Assembly: GCA_017302015.1 (NCBI GenBank)
Contig: JAFLEE010000019.1
Location: 2,551-66,550, forward strand
Source: Spirochaetota bacterium
Lineage (GTDB): Bacteria; Spirochaetota; UBA12135; COTS27; JAFLEE01
Length of the DNA stretch: 64,000 nucleotides
Reading direction: 5' to 3'
Numbering within the stretch: position 1 is the first letter of the stretch; every line of letters starts with the position of its first letter. Position numbers and translations under genes: made by a program. Of the stretch, positions 37,531 to 48,139 are shown piece after piece. A model generated the notes under the pieces. The model did no database searches and was not told where the DNA came from. It worked only from the letters and a program-made list of their open reading frames with translations.

Positions 37531-39405
37531 TCAGGGGGCGATTTCAAGGTCCACGAGGCCGAGGCTATTTTCCTTCGCGCCGATGGCCACGAGGCCGACG
37601 GGGTAGCTTCCCTTCGCCTTGGCGTCGGGAACCAGCCGCACCTCAATGCAACGCGTTTGGCCGGGGGCCAAGACGGCTTCGCCATCGAGGGCGGCGATCT
37701 CGGCGTGGGCGGGACCGAGGGCATCGAGGAACCCGACCGGCCAAAGTTTCACCGGCTGCGCCACGCGGGAAGCGTTGCTGGCGCAAAGCCGCAGGGTGAG
37801 GGCGGCGCCCGGGGCGGCCTTGCCCGGGCCCTCCACGCGGATGACGACGGGGCCACCGGCCTTGGGAAGACGGCCGGTGATGGCGCCCATTTCATAGAAG
37901 ATCGGCATGGGGCGCAGGGCTCCGTTCGCTTCGATTCGGTTGAGCCCGTACATATTGCCCTTTTCGTTCCCGGAGTACCAGGTGACGAGTTGGGATTGTT
38001 CGGCGAGGCCCCGCAGGGCGAGGGCCCCCTGCTCGGCCTTCTGGGCCTCGTCGGCCACCAGGCCCGGCCCGTCCTTCCACCCGCTCTGGAAGCCCACCTC
38101 GGTGATCCAGGCCTCCTTCGGCGCGCCGTAGAGGAGGCCCCGCAGGAGCAGCGTGCGGTTGACCGAAAGGCAGCCGGCCGCGGTGGAGGAGTATGGGTGG
38201 GAGCAGACCCCGTCGAACCAATTCGTGGCGCCCTCGGCGTAGAGGCGCATGAGCCAATCGCCCTTCACGAAGGCCCCGGTGAACACCCGCGCCTTCCCAT
38301 CGGCGCGCTTGGCGGCGAGGTAGGCGCGCTTCAAATACTCGCGGTACTCCTCGTAGGCGCCCATGAAGCCCTCGCTGGGGAGGTCGGGCTCGTTGATGAT
38401 TTCCCAGGCGTCCACGCGCCCGTGGGCGGCCCGGACCGCGCCCTCGACGAAGCGTTCCCAGTCCTCCCAGCGCTTGGGGGCCCAATAAGAATTGCTCACC
38501 TTGAAGGGGCCGAGTTTTTTCCGCTCGGCCTCGGGGATCTCGAGGAGGGGGTCTTTGCCGCTGGCCCAGGCCGGGGTGCCCCCCAGGCAGACGATGGGCA
38601 CGCGGATGCCGTAGCGCGCGAAGGAATCGAGTTTGTCGACGAAGGGTCCATAATTCGTCTTCCCCGCCTCGGCTTCCGCGCTCTCCCAGCGCAGGCCGCC
38701 GCGGGTGGCGAGCACCCCCGCGCAGGCGAAGAGTTTGAGGGCCGTGTCGCGGCGGCGGGGCTCGAACTCGGGGAGCCCGTAGGTGCGGTCGATGCCCGTG
38801 GCGGCCCAATAGGTCGGGCCCTTGGGCAGCGACGCCGCGGGGAGTTCCTTAGGCGCCTCGAAGGTCTCGATGCGCAGCGAGGTCACGAGCGCCTCGCCCT
38901 TGGCGTTCTTGAAGCGCAGCCCGACCTCGAAGCGCGCCACGTTCTCGGAGAGGCGCATGATGTCGCGGGTGGCGACCGGCTGGGGGCCGAGGGGCCCGAG
39001 GCCCTGGAAGAGCGCCGTGCGGCCCTTCTCGTCGCGGGCGATGAGGTAGGCTTCGGCGCTGCCCTCTTCGAGGGACGCGCGTCCCGCGAGGCGCACGGTG
39101 TAATAGCGGCCGCGGTCCTTCGCCTCCACCGCGAACTGGCGGGCCCCGTAGCCGCTGACGCCCCCCGTCGCCACGAGGCGAAGCCCGGTCGGCCCGGGCT
39201 CGAAGGCGATGGCCCCGTTGGTCTTCCAGGTGACGACCCAGTCGACGGTTTCTTTCGAGGGCCCGTCGTGGAAGACTTCGCCGCCGCACGAGAAGGAGAC
39301 GAGGGCGAGGAGGGCGAAAAAGGGATGGGGGCGTTTCACGTGGGGAACTCCGCGCGGAAGGTTCGGGAAAGGTACTTTCAAGCCAGGGAAAACACAACGC
39401 AACAA
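37531..39405 (-). CDS. Secreted glycoside hydrolase, clan GH-A.
   Basis: AWEIINEPD acid/base motif. Signal sequence. 624 aa. Confidence 0.6.
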   Translation of the reverse strand: MLRCVFPGLKVPFPNLPRGVPHVKRPHPFFALLALVSFSCGGEVFHDGPSKETVDWVVTWKTNGAIAFEPGPTGLRLVATGGVSGYGARQFAVEAKDRGRYYTVRLAGRASLEEGSAEAYLIARDEKGRTALFQGLGPLGPQPVATRDIMRLSENVARFEVGLRFKNAKGEALVTSLRIETFEAPKELPAASLPKGPTYWAATGIDRTYGLPEFEPRRRDTALKLFACAGVLATRGGLRWESAEAEAGKTNYGPFVDKLDSFARYGIRVPIVCLGGTPAWASGKDPLLEIPEAERKKLGPFKVSNSYWAPKRWEDWERFVEGAVRAAHGRVDAWEIINEPDLPSEGFMGAYEEYREYLKRAYLAAKRADGKARVFTGAFVKGDWLMRLYAEGATNWFDGVCSHPYSSTAAGCLSVNRTLLLRGLLYGAPKEAWITEVGFQSGWKDGPGLVADEAQKAEQGALALRGLAEQSQLVTWYSGNEKGNMYGLNRIEANGALRPMPIFYEMGAITGRLPKAGGPVVIRVEGPGKAAPGAALTLRLCASNASRVAQPVKLWPVGFLDALGPAHAEIAALDGEAVLAPGQTRCIEVRLVPDAKAKGSYPVGLVAIGAKENSLGLVDLEIAP

Positions 39406-39532
39406 GACGGGGACTTATGCCCTTCCATCCATGGAAAGGAACCAGGAATCCGACCGCCCCGAGGCGGCGACGGGGGATGAATCTTGACATCCGCCGCGGA
39501 ATGGGACGATAATAGTAAAACGATTTCCTAAA

Positions 39533-40936
39533 TTGGAGTTCCCCATGCCCGCCAAGCCCAAGGTCGTCTTCCTCCCCCACGCCAATATCCAGTATTCCCA
39601 GCTCAAGCCCGGTCGACGGGCCTGGGTGGCCAGGCAGTCTTACGAAAAACTCTTCGATCTGGTGGCCAGCGACCCGCGCTACCGCATCGGCTTCGAAGCC
39701 TCGGGCGAGACCGTGGCCTTCATGGCCCGGGAAACGCCCGAGGTGGCGAAGAAACTGAAGGCCCTCATCAAGAAGGGTCAGATCGAACCGGTGGGCTCGC
39801 CCTACACCCACCTCATGGTCTCCAATATCGATCCCGAGATCGTCCTGCTCACCCTGAAAGACGGGCTCGACGCGTGGGAGAAGCATACGGGCGTCCGCCC
39901 CGCCGTGGGCTGGAACCCCGAATGCTCGTGGACGAGCCACGTGCCCCAGGTCTACAAGCAAGCCGGGTTCAAGAGCCTGGTGATGGATGCGGATTCGTTC
40001 TTCCTCTCCTTCCAGGATATCCGGGAGGCGACGAAACTCGCCTTCGATGTGCGGGGCCACAGCAATAAGAACCACCTCTTCAAGATTGAGGAGTACATCA
40101 AGGACAAGCCCCATTACCTGAAGTTCCTCACCAATCCGTCGAAGGCGGCCAACGGGCTCAAACTCATCTTCCGCTCCGACATGATGAGCAATTTCATGCT
40201 CTGGTACCTCATGGGCGCCACCGAGGGCTACCGCGAGAAGCCCGTGGGGCTCGAGGAGGTCCAGGGGGTGCTCGCCACCTGGAAGAAGCGGGTGGAGGCC
40301 ACTGGTTCGTTCATCATGCCCTACGCCGAGGACGCCGAGTACATCGGCACCACGGCCTATTTCTATGTGAAGCAATTCGGACAGGCGCGGTTCTTCGAGC
40401 CCGAGCCGGGGAGCGTGGCGCGCTTCAAACAGGCCTTGGACGCGGCCCTGGCCCAGGGCTACGAACTCGCCACGCCCTCCGCGGCCCTCGCGGCCCCCGC
40501 CCTCCCCAATCCCGCCGTGGCGAACATCGAAAACGGCGTTGCCTGGCATGGCGGCACGGCCAAGGCGTGGGCGAACACCAAGTACGCCCGCATCCTCGAC
40601 CCGGTGTGCCGTTCGGTCTACGACGGGATCAAGGACGTCTGCCGCGAGGCAAAACTCCCGCTGACGAGCGGCGACAAGAACCTGCGCATGGCCCTCACGC
40701 GCGTCATCTCGTCCTACGTTTCCGACGCTCGCTGGCCGCCCGATCCGACCTCGCCGGGGCGCTTCAACGTCGAGGAGGCCTTGGACGATCTCGCCGCGGC
40801 CAATGTCGCCCTAGGGAAACTCATGGGGGCGAAGAAATTGGGCGCGAAGAAGGCCCTCTACTCGCCGGCCCTCATGCACGGCCAGATCGAGGCGATCCGG
40901 GCCGAACTCATGGCGCTCAAGTACTTCGGGGAATAG
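39533..40936 (+). CDS. Hypothetical carbohydrate-active protein (GH57/GH38-like N-terminus, tentative).
   Basis: N-terminal VVFLPHANIQY resembles the His-rich first strand of (beta/alpha)7 GH57/GH38 folds. Low certainty. Confidence 0.35.
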   Translation: MEFPMPAKPKVVFLPHANIQYSQLKPGRRAWVARQSYEKLFDLVASDPRYRIGFEASGETVAFMARETPEVAKKLKALIKKGQIEPVGSPYTHLMVSNIDPEIVLLTLKDGLDAWEKHTGVRPAVGWNPECSWTSHVPQVYKQAGFKSLVMDADSFFLSFQDIREATKLAFDVRGHSNKNHLFKIEEYIKDKPHYLKFLTNPSKAANGLKLIFRSDMMSNFMLWYLMGATEGYREKPVGLEEVQGVLATWKKRVEATGSFIMPYAEDAEYIGTTAYFYVKQFGQARFFEPEPGSVARFKQALDAALAQGYELATPSAALAAPALPNPAVANIENGVAWHGGTAKAWANTKYARILDPVCRSVYDGIKDVCREAKLPLTSGDKNLRMALTRVISSYVSDARWPPDPTSPGRFNVEEALDDLAAANVALGKLMGAKKLGAKKALYSPALMHGQIEAIRAELMALKYFGE

Positions 40937-40944
40937 GGGCGCCG

Positions 40945-43347
40945 TCAGGGCGCCCGCAGCACCGTCAGGGAAAGCCCGGGTAGTTCCAGCGCGGCGCTTG
41001 AAGGAAGCTCGCGGGGTGCGCTATTGCCCACCGCTTGGGAGGCGGATTTAAAGCCCGTCTCACGAGGCCAGGTCGCCTTCGTCTTCGCGGGATTGAAGAG
41101 GAGCAGGGCGCGCGGAGCCCCGGCGAGGCGGATCTCCACGGCGAGTACGCCGCCCACCGGCGCGCGCGCGGCGGCCGTCAGGGGTTCCGAGCCCTTGGCC
41201 GTCATGGAAACGTTGGCGCGGAAGGTTTCTCCCTTGGCGAAGCCCTTCCCGTCGGCGTCCTTCACCCGGGCCTCCAAAAGGCTCAGGGGGTAGAATCCCA
41301 CCGAGTATCCCCAGGTCCGCCCGAGGTTCTTGATCTTCCCGGCGTAGGCCTCTTCGAGGAGGATCGTGCCCCCGGCGAGTTGGATCTCGCGGCCCGAGAT
41401 TTTTTTATCGTCGGAGACGTGGGCCCATAGATTGACCTGGGTGCAGGGATTGTCCGAGATCGCTTCGAGGGAAAGCGTCCCCGCGAATCCGTGGGAGTCG
41501 GCGTAATAGAGATCGGTGCGCCTCCACGGGGAGAGATTCTCCAAATCGACCGCGCCCGGGAGGGCGGGGCCGCCGAGGGCGGGGCGGAACACCGTGGCCG
41601 CGGCGATGAAGCCGGCACCGGTGAGGATCGACCGGGCTTCCGGCGCGGGGCGATGGTCTTCCACCACGCTATAGGCGTCGGGGAAATGGGAAGGGGCGGG
41701 CTTGCCGCTGGCCGGGGGCTTTACCGCCGTGAGGATCACCGAGCAGAGTTGGGATTCCACGGCCTTCGGGGTGGCGAAGACCGCGCCGCAGGTGGATTCG
41801 CCCCAGGAGCGGTACGGCATGGCGATCAGGTGCCCTTCATGGCGCAGGACGGGGCCGTTCTCCACCGGGGAAAAAAAGGCGCCGCCTTCGAGCGGGCGGA
41901 CCGGCAGCGAAAGATCCGGGAGGAGCATATTGTAGTAGATCCCGATTTCGCCGTCGTAGGCGTGGTAGGGGGCGGCCATGGACGCCTCGGTGAACTGCCG
42001 AGCGCGGGAGAGGAGTACGAGCTGGGCGTACTCGGGGTTCCGGGAAGCGGCCAGGATGGCCTCGGGCAGGGTGCCGGCGTCGTTATAGGCGGTGAAGGTG
42101 TGCTTCCACCAGGGCGAACCCAGGGAGACGGGCTGCCCGTAGAGGGTCGCGCACGAGGCCGCCACCGCCATGTCCGCTAGGGCCGCGGCGGTTTCCGGCG
42201 AGGGAGAGAGCTGGTGGTAGCGGCCCAGGTGGTTGCCGTCGTAATTGAAATAGTTCGCGTCGACCCCGGAGCCGTAGCTGTAGCCGAAGGTATTGCCGCG
42301 CTGGCGCAGCGACAGGGCGCGGTCCATGCGGGCCTTCGCTATCGCCGCCCAACGCGTGGCCGACGGGGGATCGACGGTGGCCCAGAGCATGGAAGCGAGG
42401 CGCAGGATCACCGCCTGCTGCAGGAGGATATTCGGGGTATTGTCCCCCCAGCCGTCTCCGTTGGTGGCGCGGGTATGGCAACTATCAATGCAGGGCTTGA
42501 TCCGCTCCAGGAGCCCGTTCACCACGGGGCGCGGGGTTCGGGGGTCTTGCGCCCATAGGTTGGCCAGCTCCAGTTCGCGGAGGAACCAGAGGCTCGGGGC
42601 CGGGCCCTTGCGGGCCTTTTCGCGTAGTTGGTCGAAAGCGACCTCGGTGAGTTTCATGGCCAATCGCCTCAGTTCGGGCTCGTCGCGATGGAGGCTCTGG
42701 GGGCTCGTGGCGCCCCAGCTAAGCCAGAAGGCCCACGGAAGATAGGGGTCGAGGCTGCGGTCTTCCATCTCGAGCCAGCGGGTTTTTCCGTCTTTCGTGA
42801 CGGGGAAACTCCACGCGTAGGGGGCCTGTCCGTCCACAGAAATAAAGAAGGAATTGGACTTTTCGTCGGGCCCGAAGACCTTCCCCCAAAAGACCACGGT
42901 CTGGTCCTCATCGAGCGTGAACTCGAAGACCGCCTCCCCTTCATTCTTGCCCCCGATGAGGACCGGGGCACTTCCTGTGGCGTCCAGCGTCATGGGGGCG
43001 GTGGGACGAGTATCGCTTGCGGCGAGCAGGAGGCCGGCGGCCTTCCCGGGCTCCGCGCCTTTTTTCCCGATGAAGATCGATTCCAGGCGCGCGCCGGCTT
43101 CCCGCCCCGAAACGACGAGCCGGTGCTTGCCTTTCTTGAGCTCCCAGGCGAGGACGGGGCAGTATTTCGCGACGGCATTGGAGGCTGCCGCGAATTGCAT
43201 AGACACTTTCGCGTTGTAGCGCTCCACATACGGGGCGGAGCGAAAGGCCACGGGCGCGGGGGCCGGGGCGCCGATGGCGACCGGAAATATCATGGCGAGG
43301 ATCGCTACGGCCAACGAAATCGGGCGGGCGAATAGTTTCATGGTCAT
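40945..43347 (-). CDS. Secreted hypothetical protein (800 aa), putative polysaccharide-degrading enzyme.
   Basis: Signal peptide. No confident family. Confidence 0.5.
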   Translation of the reverse strand: MTMKLFARPISLAVAILAMIFPVAIGAPAPAPVAFRSAPYVERYNAKVSMQFAAASNAVAKYCPVLAWELKKGKHRLVVSGREAGARLESIFIGKKGAEPGKAAGLLLAASDTRPTAPMTLDATGSAPVLIGGKNEGEAVFEFTLDEDQTVVFWGKVFGPDEKSNSFFISVDGQAPYAWSFPVTKDGKTRWLEMEDRSLDPYLPWAFWLSWGATSPQSLHRDEPELRRLAMKLTEVAFDQLREKARKGPAPSLWFLRELELANLWAQDPRTPRPVVNGLLERIKPCIDSCHTRATNGDGWGDNTPNILLQQAVILRLASMLWATVDPPSATRWAAIAKARMDRALSLRQRGNTFGYSYGSGVDANYFNYDGNHLGRYHQLSPSPETAAALADMAVAASCATLYGQPVSLGSPWWKHTFTAYNDAGTLPEAILAASRNPEYAQLVLLSRARQFTEASMAAPYHAYDGEIGIYYNMLLPDLSLPVRPLEGGAFFSPVENGPVLRHEGHLIAMPYRSWGESTCGAVFATPKAVESQLCSVILTAVKPPASGKPAPSHFPDAYSVVEDHRPAPEARSILTGAGFIAAATVFRPALGGPALPGAVDLENLSPWRRTDLYYADSHGFAGTLSLEAISDNPCTQVNLWAHVSDDKKISGREIQLAGGTILLEEAYAGKIKNLGRTWGYSVGFYPLSLLEARVKDADGKGFAKGETFRANVSMTAKGSEPLTAAARAPVGGVLAVEIRLAGAPRALLLFNPAKTKATWPRETGFKSASQAVGNSAPRELPSSAALELPGLSLTVLRAP

Positions 43348-43396
43348 TCCTATTGAACGGGGCGTCGGTGGATGGAGGGGTGAAAGAGAACGAAGG

Positions 43397-44179
43397 TCAT
43401 GGGGGGGGATGGGAAGCCTTCGTAACGGATGGATCCTTTCCCAACCGGGCCGCGGCTTCCTTCAGGATCTTGGTGGTGAGGGCGGGCGTGTGTTTCCCCT
43501 TGATATCGGCCCGGGGGAGGCTCGCGCCCAGGGCGGAAACCATTTGGCCGTTCCCGTCGAGGATCGCCACCGCTTGGCGGAGGTAGAGGGCGTCATCGAA
43601 GGGGCTTTCGGCGGCGCCTTCCTTGGCCACGAGGGCGAGGAAGGCGTCGAGTTTCTCCCGTGTCTTCCATAGAGAGAGCCCGTGTTCCGCGAAGGGGCGC
43701 CGGTCCTCGAGGACCGAGCGCTCCGCGGCGTCGGCGTGGGCCAGCGCAATGAGTCCCGCGGCGCTGGCGTAGGGGTGGAGCGCGTCGCCGGAGAGGCGCT
43801 GGACGACCCCCGGGCGGTCGGGGCTCAGGCGGCGCGTTTGGCGGAATTCGGCGCCGACCCGCACGCCCCAGATCACCGTGGCGCCGGGGAGCTCGGCCTG
43901 GAGGGTGAGCATGGCGCCCTCGACGGCCGCGTTGCGCGGGGAGCGGAGTTGCTGCTCGCCGAGGACCGAGACGGCGGTGCCGAGGCGCAGGCGCCCATCG
44001 GGCCCCTTCTCGAGGAATTGGCGCAGGATGAGCGTGCGCACCAAGTGGTGCGTGGCGGGGGTCTTGAGGCCGAGGGCCGCGGCGAGTTCGTTGAGGCGCA
44101 AGCCGTCTTCCGCCTCGCCCACGGTGCGCAGGATATCGAGCCCCTTGAGGAGCGAGAGAACGGGATCGCTATGGGCCAT
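43397..44179 (-). CDS. IclR-family transcriptional regulator.
   Basis: N-terminal winged HTH (LLKGLDILRTVGEAEDGLRLNELAAALGLKTPATHHLVRTL) plus an effector domain. Confidence 0.8.
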   Translation of the reverse strand: MAHSDPVLSLLKGLDILRTVGEAEDGLRLNELAAALGLKTPATHHLVRTLILRQFLEKGPDGRLRLGTAVSVLGEQQLRSPRNAAVEGAMLTLQAELPGATVIWGVRVGAEFRQTRRLSPDRPGVVQRLSGDALHPYASAAGLIALAHADAAERSVLEDRRPFAEHGLSLWKTREKLDAFLALVAKEGAAESPFDDALYLRQAVAILDGNGQMVSALGASLPRADIKGKHTPALTTKILKEAAARLGKDPSVTKASHPPP

Positions 44180-44195
44180 GGATTCCTACCTTCCT

Positions 44196-44957
44196 TCAGC
44201 GGCCGAGCCAGCCGCCGTCCACCGGCAGCACGGCCCCGCTGACGTAATCGGAGGCGGCGCCCGCGAGGAAGACGACGGCGCCCGCGAGGTCCTCGGCCCG
44301 CCCCCAGCGCCCCGCGGGGATCCGCTCCAAAATCTGGCGGCTGCGATCGGCGTCCTCCCGCAGCGCGGCGGTATTATCCGTCGCGATGTAGCCCGGCGCA
44401 ATGGCGTTGACGTTCACCCCCCGCCCCGCCCACTCGTTGGAGAGCGCCTTGGCGAGTTGGGCGACCCCGCCCTTGCTCGCCGCGTATCCCGGCACATTCA
44501 CCCCGCCCTGGAAACTCAGGAGCGAGGCGGTGAAGATGATCTTCCCCCGCCCGCGCGCCACCATCGCCTTCCCGATCTCGCGGCTGAGCAGGAACGGCGC
44601 CGCGAGGTTGACCTCCATGACTTCGTCCCAGAACGCATCGGGATGCTCCGCGGCGGGGGCGCGCTTGATCGTCCCCGCGTTATTGACGAGGATATCGATG
44701 ACGGGGTGCTCCGCTAGCGCCCGGGCGCAGAACTCCTTCACCTTCCCCCGTTGGCCGAAGTCGCAGGTATACGGATGGAAGGCCCGCCCCAACTCGCGCA
44801 CGCGCTTCCCGACGGCGCCCCCGTCGGCCTCCATGCCGGCGCTCACGCCGAGGATATCGGCGCCCGCTTCGGCGAGGGCCTCGGCCATGGCTTTCCCGAT
44901 GCCGCGGCGGCAGCCGGTGACGAGGGCGAGTTTTCCATCGAGTCGGAAGGGGTTCAT
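44196..44957 (-). CDS. kduD: SDR-family oxidoreductase, 2-dehydro-3-deoxy-D-gluconate 5-dehydrogenase-like.
   Basis: TGCRRGIGKA Rossmann motif, NNAG and YAASK catalytic motifs, and a KduD-like C-terminus (ILERIPAGRWG). ATG at 44957. The listed ORF has a long spurious R-rich extension. Confidence 0.7.
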   Translation of the reverse strand: MNPFRLDGKLALVTGCRRGIGKAMAEALAEAGADILGVSAGMEADGGAVGKRVRELGRAFHPYTCDFGQRGKVKEFCARALAEHPVIDILVNNAGTIKRAPAAEHPDAFWDEVMEVNLAAPFLLSREIGKAMVARGRGKIIFTASLLSFQGGVNVPGYAASKGGVAQLAKALSNEWAGRGVNVNAIAPGYIATDNTAALREDADRSRQILERIPAGRWGRAEDLAGAVVFLAGAASDYVSGAVLPVDGGWLGR

Positions 44958-44986
44958 GGCGATTCCTTTGGGTGGGCGGAGATTCA

Positions 44987-46000
44987 TCACGCGATCGCGT
45001 CGCACTGGATGAGAGTCTTCATCCCGGTGCCGGCGCTTTCGAAGCCACTTTGAATAGAAGAAAGCGGCAGCCGGGCGCTGATCATCTTTTCGAGGGGCAG
45101 GCTTCCCTCCGCGGCGAGCGTGATGGCTTCGTCGAAATCGGCGGCCTCGTAGACCCGGGCCCCCAGGATTTCGACCTCCCGCCAGAAGAGTTGCTTGAGG
45201 TCGACGGGGGCGGGCTGGGAATAGATGCCCACCACCACGACCCGACCGCGCACCCGGGGCAGGCGGGCCATGAGGAGCGCGCAGGCGGGGGCCGCGGTGC
45301 ATTCGAAGACGGCATCGGCGCCGATGCCACCGGTCCACGCGTCCACGTCGGCGGGAACGCCGTCGCCCGAGGCCAGGACCCTGAACCCGAGGGAGGCCGC
45401 GAACGCGCGCCGCTTTTCATCCAATTCCACGACGACGACTTCGGCCCCGCGGGCTCGGGCCACCAGGGCCACGAACAGGCCGATGGGCCCGGCCCCCAGC
45501 ACCACGGCCTTCTCCCCCGCGGCGAGCCGGGCGCGGCGAACATCGTGGCAGGCGACGGCGATGGGCTCGATGAGGGCGCCGTGGTCGAGGGCCAGGCCGG
45601 GCGGCAGGCGGTGGAGGAGACGGGCGGGCACGTTCCAGGCTTGCTGGAAGGCGCCGGGCGAGTCGATGCCGAGGAAATTGAGGTTCATGCACACGTGGCC
45701 GAAGCCCGCGCGGCAGGCGGCGCAGCTGCCGCAAGAAAGGAGCGGCCGCACCGTCACGCGCTCGCCCGGCTTCCAGCCCGCCACGCCTTCGCCCAACGCT
45801 TCGATGACCCCGCTCATCTCGTGCCCCACCGTCTGGGGGGGCTTCACCCGGGCGTCCATTTTCCCGTGGAAGATGTGCATGTCGGTGCCGCAAATGCCGC
45901 AGAAGGCGACGCGCAGGCGGACTTCGCCGGGTTTCGGGTCGGCGGCGGCGGCTTGCTCGACGGTGAAGGAATGATTCCCGGCATAGATCGATTTGTTCAT
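44987..46000 (-). CDS. Zn-dependent medium-chain dehydrogenase (sorbitol/L-idonate dehydrogenase-like).
   Basis: GHEMSG, CGSCAACRAG (structural Zn) and GAGPIGL NAD motif. Start ATG 46000 overlaps the stop codon of the upstream gene (ATGA). Confidence 0.8.
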   Translation of the reverse strand: MNKSIYAGNHSFTVEQAAAADPKPGEVRLRVAFCGICGTDMHIFHGKMDARVKPPQTVGHEMSGVIEALGEGVAGWKPGERVTVRPLLSCGSCAACRAGFGHVCMNLNFLGIDSPGAFQQAWNVPARLLHRLPPGLALDHGALIEPIAVACHDVRRARLAAGEKAVVLGAGPIGLFVALVARARGAEVVVVELDEKRRAFAASLGFRVLASGDGVPADVDAWTGGIGADAVFECTAAPACALLMARLPRVRGRVVVVGIYSQPAPVDLKQLFWREVEILGARVYEAADFDEAITLAAEGSLPLEKMISARLPLSSIQSGFESAGTGMKTLIQCDAIA

Positions 46001-48066
46001 TCGGTCCTCCCATTGGGGGTTTCGTTCAAAGTCCATTTTTCATCCTCAGTCTTCTCGACGCGCCAATGCCGACTCGAGCACTCTTCCTGGAGCACGATGG
46101 CATCGCCCGCGGGATCGATGCGAAGCGCCCACCGCTCCCTGGCGTACGGGGCCTCCAAGACCGTGGGCAGGGCGGCGTTCTTGAGGTGCCAATACGCCAC
46201 GGGGCCGTAGCCATCCACCGCGATGGCGTGCACCGCCCAGCGCTCCAATGCCGGCTCGTTCTCGATGAAGCGGGCGATGGCCGCGCTCCCGGCGGCGCCC
46301 TCGCCCCTCTGGCCGGGCATGGGGTGGTAGGCCAAATGCATCCAGCCGCTTGCGAGTTCGGCGAAACGGCCCCCGCCGCAATGGAAGAGTTTCATGCCGC
46401 TGGCCCCGCGGCGGCAGATGAGGCGGTCTTCCCCGGGATCCTTGAGTTCTAGGGCGCGGTCGTGGTTGTCGAGCACCCAATTCCACACGGTTCGCACCGG
46501 GGTGGTGGCGACGACATGGTCGACGATGAAAAGCGCGTGGGAACCGCAGAGGATCCAAAAACGCTCGCACGTTCGGATCGGATCGCCATAGGAGCGGCCG
46601 AACTCGCTGGCGGTCACCCGTAATTGGCCCAGACTCGCCGAAAGCAGTCGACGGGCCCCCCGGTCGATGGCGGGGCCGGGGACGCCGTCTTGGAGTTTTC
46701 GCACCGGGGTTCCGCCCTGCTGCAGGACGAGTTCGCCGTGCGGCCCGGGGACGCGGAAGGTGAGGGTATTGTGGGTCTGGGACTGGACCTCGGTGGCGTG
46801 CACCAGGCCCCGGTAGCAGGAATGCCCCGGATCCGCCAGCAGGCGCTCCTCCCGGTGGGTCAGGATGAAACTGCCCAGGTCGCCATGGAGGTGGCCCAGG
46901 CCGTTTAGGGCCGGGCCGCCGCCGCGGACCGCGAGGACGGTCTCCCCGCCCCAATGGTCCCGGGCGATGGTATCGCCGTTGTCGAAGGACTGCATCGCCC
47001 CAAGACCGATTTGCTCCGGGGTTCGGGCCTGGGCCGCTCCCGCCAGGTGCACCAGGGCCAGAAACCCGAAACGGGGAAGGAAACCGAATGAGGACTGGTC
47101 GTGGGGTTCGGGGTCGGGAACGGGCGGGGTGAACGTGTCGTGGATCCAGCGCGCCAGGCCCGAGAGGTCCGCATTTTTCCCCTTCAACCTCGAAGAAATC
47201 TGGAGAAGGACATCGGCGGAAGGCGAATAGATCGCGCCGGAATCGTTGAAGTTCGCCGACCAGGCGCGGGGCGCGGGGCCGAAGCCCTCGGCGGGCTTCC
47301 GATGGAGGAGGCTCGCGGCCTGCCAAATCAGGCCGCGGGCGTAGCGCTCGATGGGGAGCGAAGCGAGAAGCGCGGGGCGCGCGCGCACCAGGGCTTCGTA
47401 GTGGAGGGTGAGGGCGTACATGGCGTAATGGCCGTATTGCAGCGATTCCCCGTAGGACCCGTCCTCCTGGAAACATTCCACATGGATCTTGAAGAGCCGT
47501 TCGGCTTCATCCAGCGCCGCCTCATCCTTGAGGATCGCCGCGGGCACGGCGAGGCCCGCGCCAAGGACGCAGCGCCAATTGGCCAGGGTCGTTCCGGCGG
47601 GCCCCTCGAGGAAGCGTCGGCACATGGGGATCGCCCGGTCGCGCAGCACCGCGATCAGTTCATCCCGTTCGCTTTCGCGGAAGACCCCGGGGGCGAGATC
47701 GAGGGCGAGGGAGATCGCCCAGGAGAGGTGGGCGGTCTCGAGGTGGCCGACCGGGGGTTTCGCGGTATGGTTGCGGAATCCCGGGCCGACCCAATCGTCT
47801 TCGCTGCGCCGTGACAGATCGAGGGCCACGCTTCGGAGCCACGCCCCCACGTTCGCGTCGCCCGTGAGGGCGACGTGCATGGCGGCGTCGGAGACGTACT
47901 CATGGGCGGCGTGCCACCAGGCCATGGTGGCGCCGGGACCGAGGAGCCCGGGTTGGGCCGAGCGCCGCAGGCAGCGCATGGCGAGGGCCCATTTATAGTC
48001 GGCATGCACCGGCTCGCGGGAACCGAGAAAGGCGGCTTTTTGGGGATCGCTCAGGAAGTGGGGCAT
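45997..48066 (-). CDS. Heparinase II/III-like polysaccharide lyase (689 aa).
   Basis: C-terminal GLGHLHGDLGSFIL...DPGHSCY block typical of the heparinase II/III (alginate/heparin lyase) family. N-terminal alpha/alpha toroid-like region. Confidence 0.65.
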   Translation of the reverse strand: MPHFLSDPQKAAFLGSREPVHADYKWALAMRCLRRSAQPGLLGPGATMAWWHAAHEYVSDAAMHVALTGDANVGAWLRSVALDLSRRSEDDWVGPGFRNHTAKPPVGHLETAHLSWAISLALDLAPGVFRESERDELIAVLRDRAIPMCRRFLEGPAGTTLANWRCVLGAGLAVPAAILKDEAALDEAERLFKIHVECFQEDGSYGESLQYGHYAMYALTLHYEALVRARPALLASLPIERYARGLIWQAASLLHRKPAEGFGPAPRAWSANFNDSGAIYSPSADVLLQISSRLKGKNADLSGLARWIHDTFTPPVPDPEPHDQSSFGFLPRFGFLALVHLAGAAQARTPEQIGLGAMQSFDNGDTIARDHWGGETVLAVRGGGPALNGLGHLHGDLGSFILTHREERLLADPGHSCYRGLVHATEVQSQTHNTLTFRVPGPHGELVLQQGGTPVRKLQDGVPGPAIDRGARRLLSASLGQLRVTASEFGRSYGDPIRTCERFWILCGSHALFIVDHVVATTPVRTVWNWVLDNHDRALELKDPGEDRLICRRGASGMKLFHCGGGRFAELASGWMHLAYHPMPGQRGEGAAGSAAIARFIENEPALERWAVHAIAVDGYGPVAYWHLKNAALPTVLEAPYARERWALRIDPAGDAIVLQEECSSRHWRVEKTEDEKWTLNETPNGRTE

Positions 48067-48139
48067 GGGTCTTCTCCGCGGCGTTTAGCGAGGATGGCGA
48101 TTTCGAGCGGGCATGGGGTTCTTCCCGGAGCGCCCGCCG

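Noticed and set aside
44958-45338. 127-aa N-terminal extension of the KduD-like SDR ORF
   Set aside because: Extremely R/G/P-rich, with no Rossmann fold until MNPFRLDGKLALVTG. The true start was taken at 44957.
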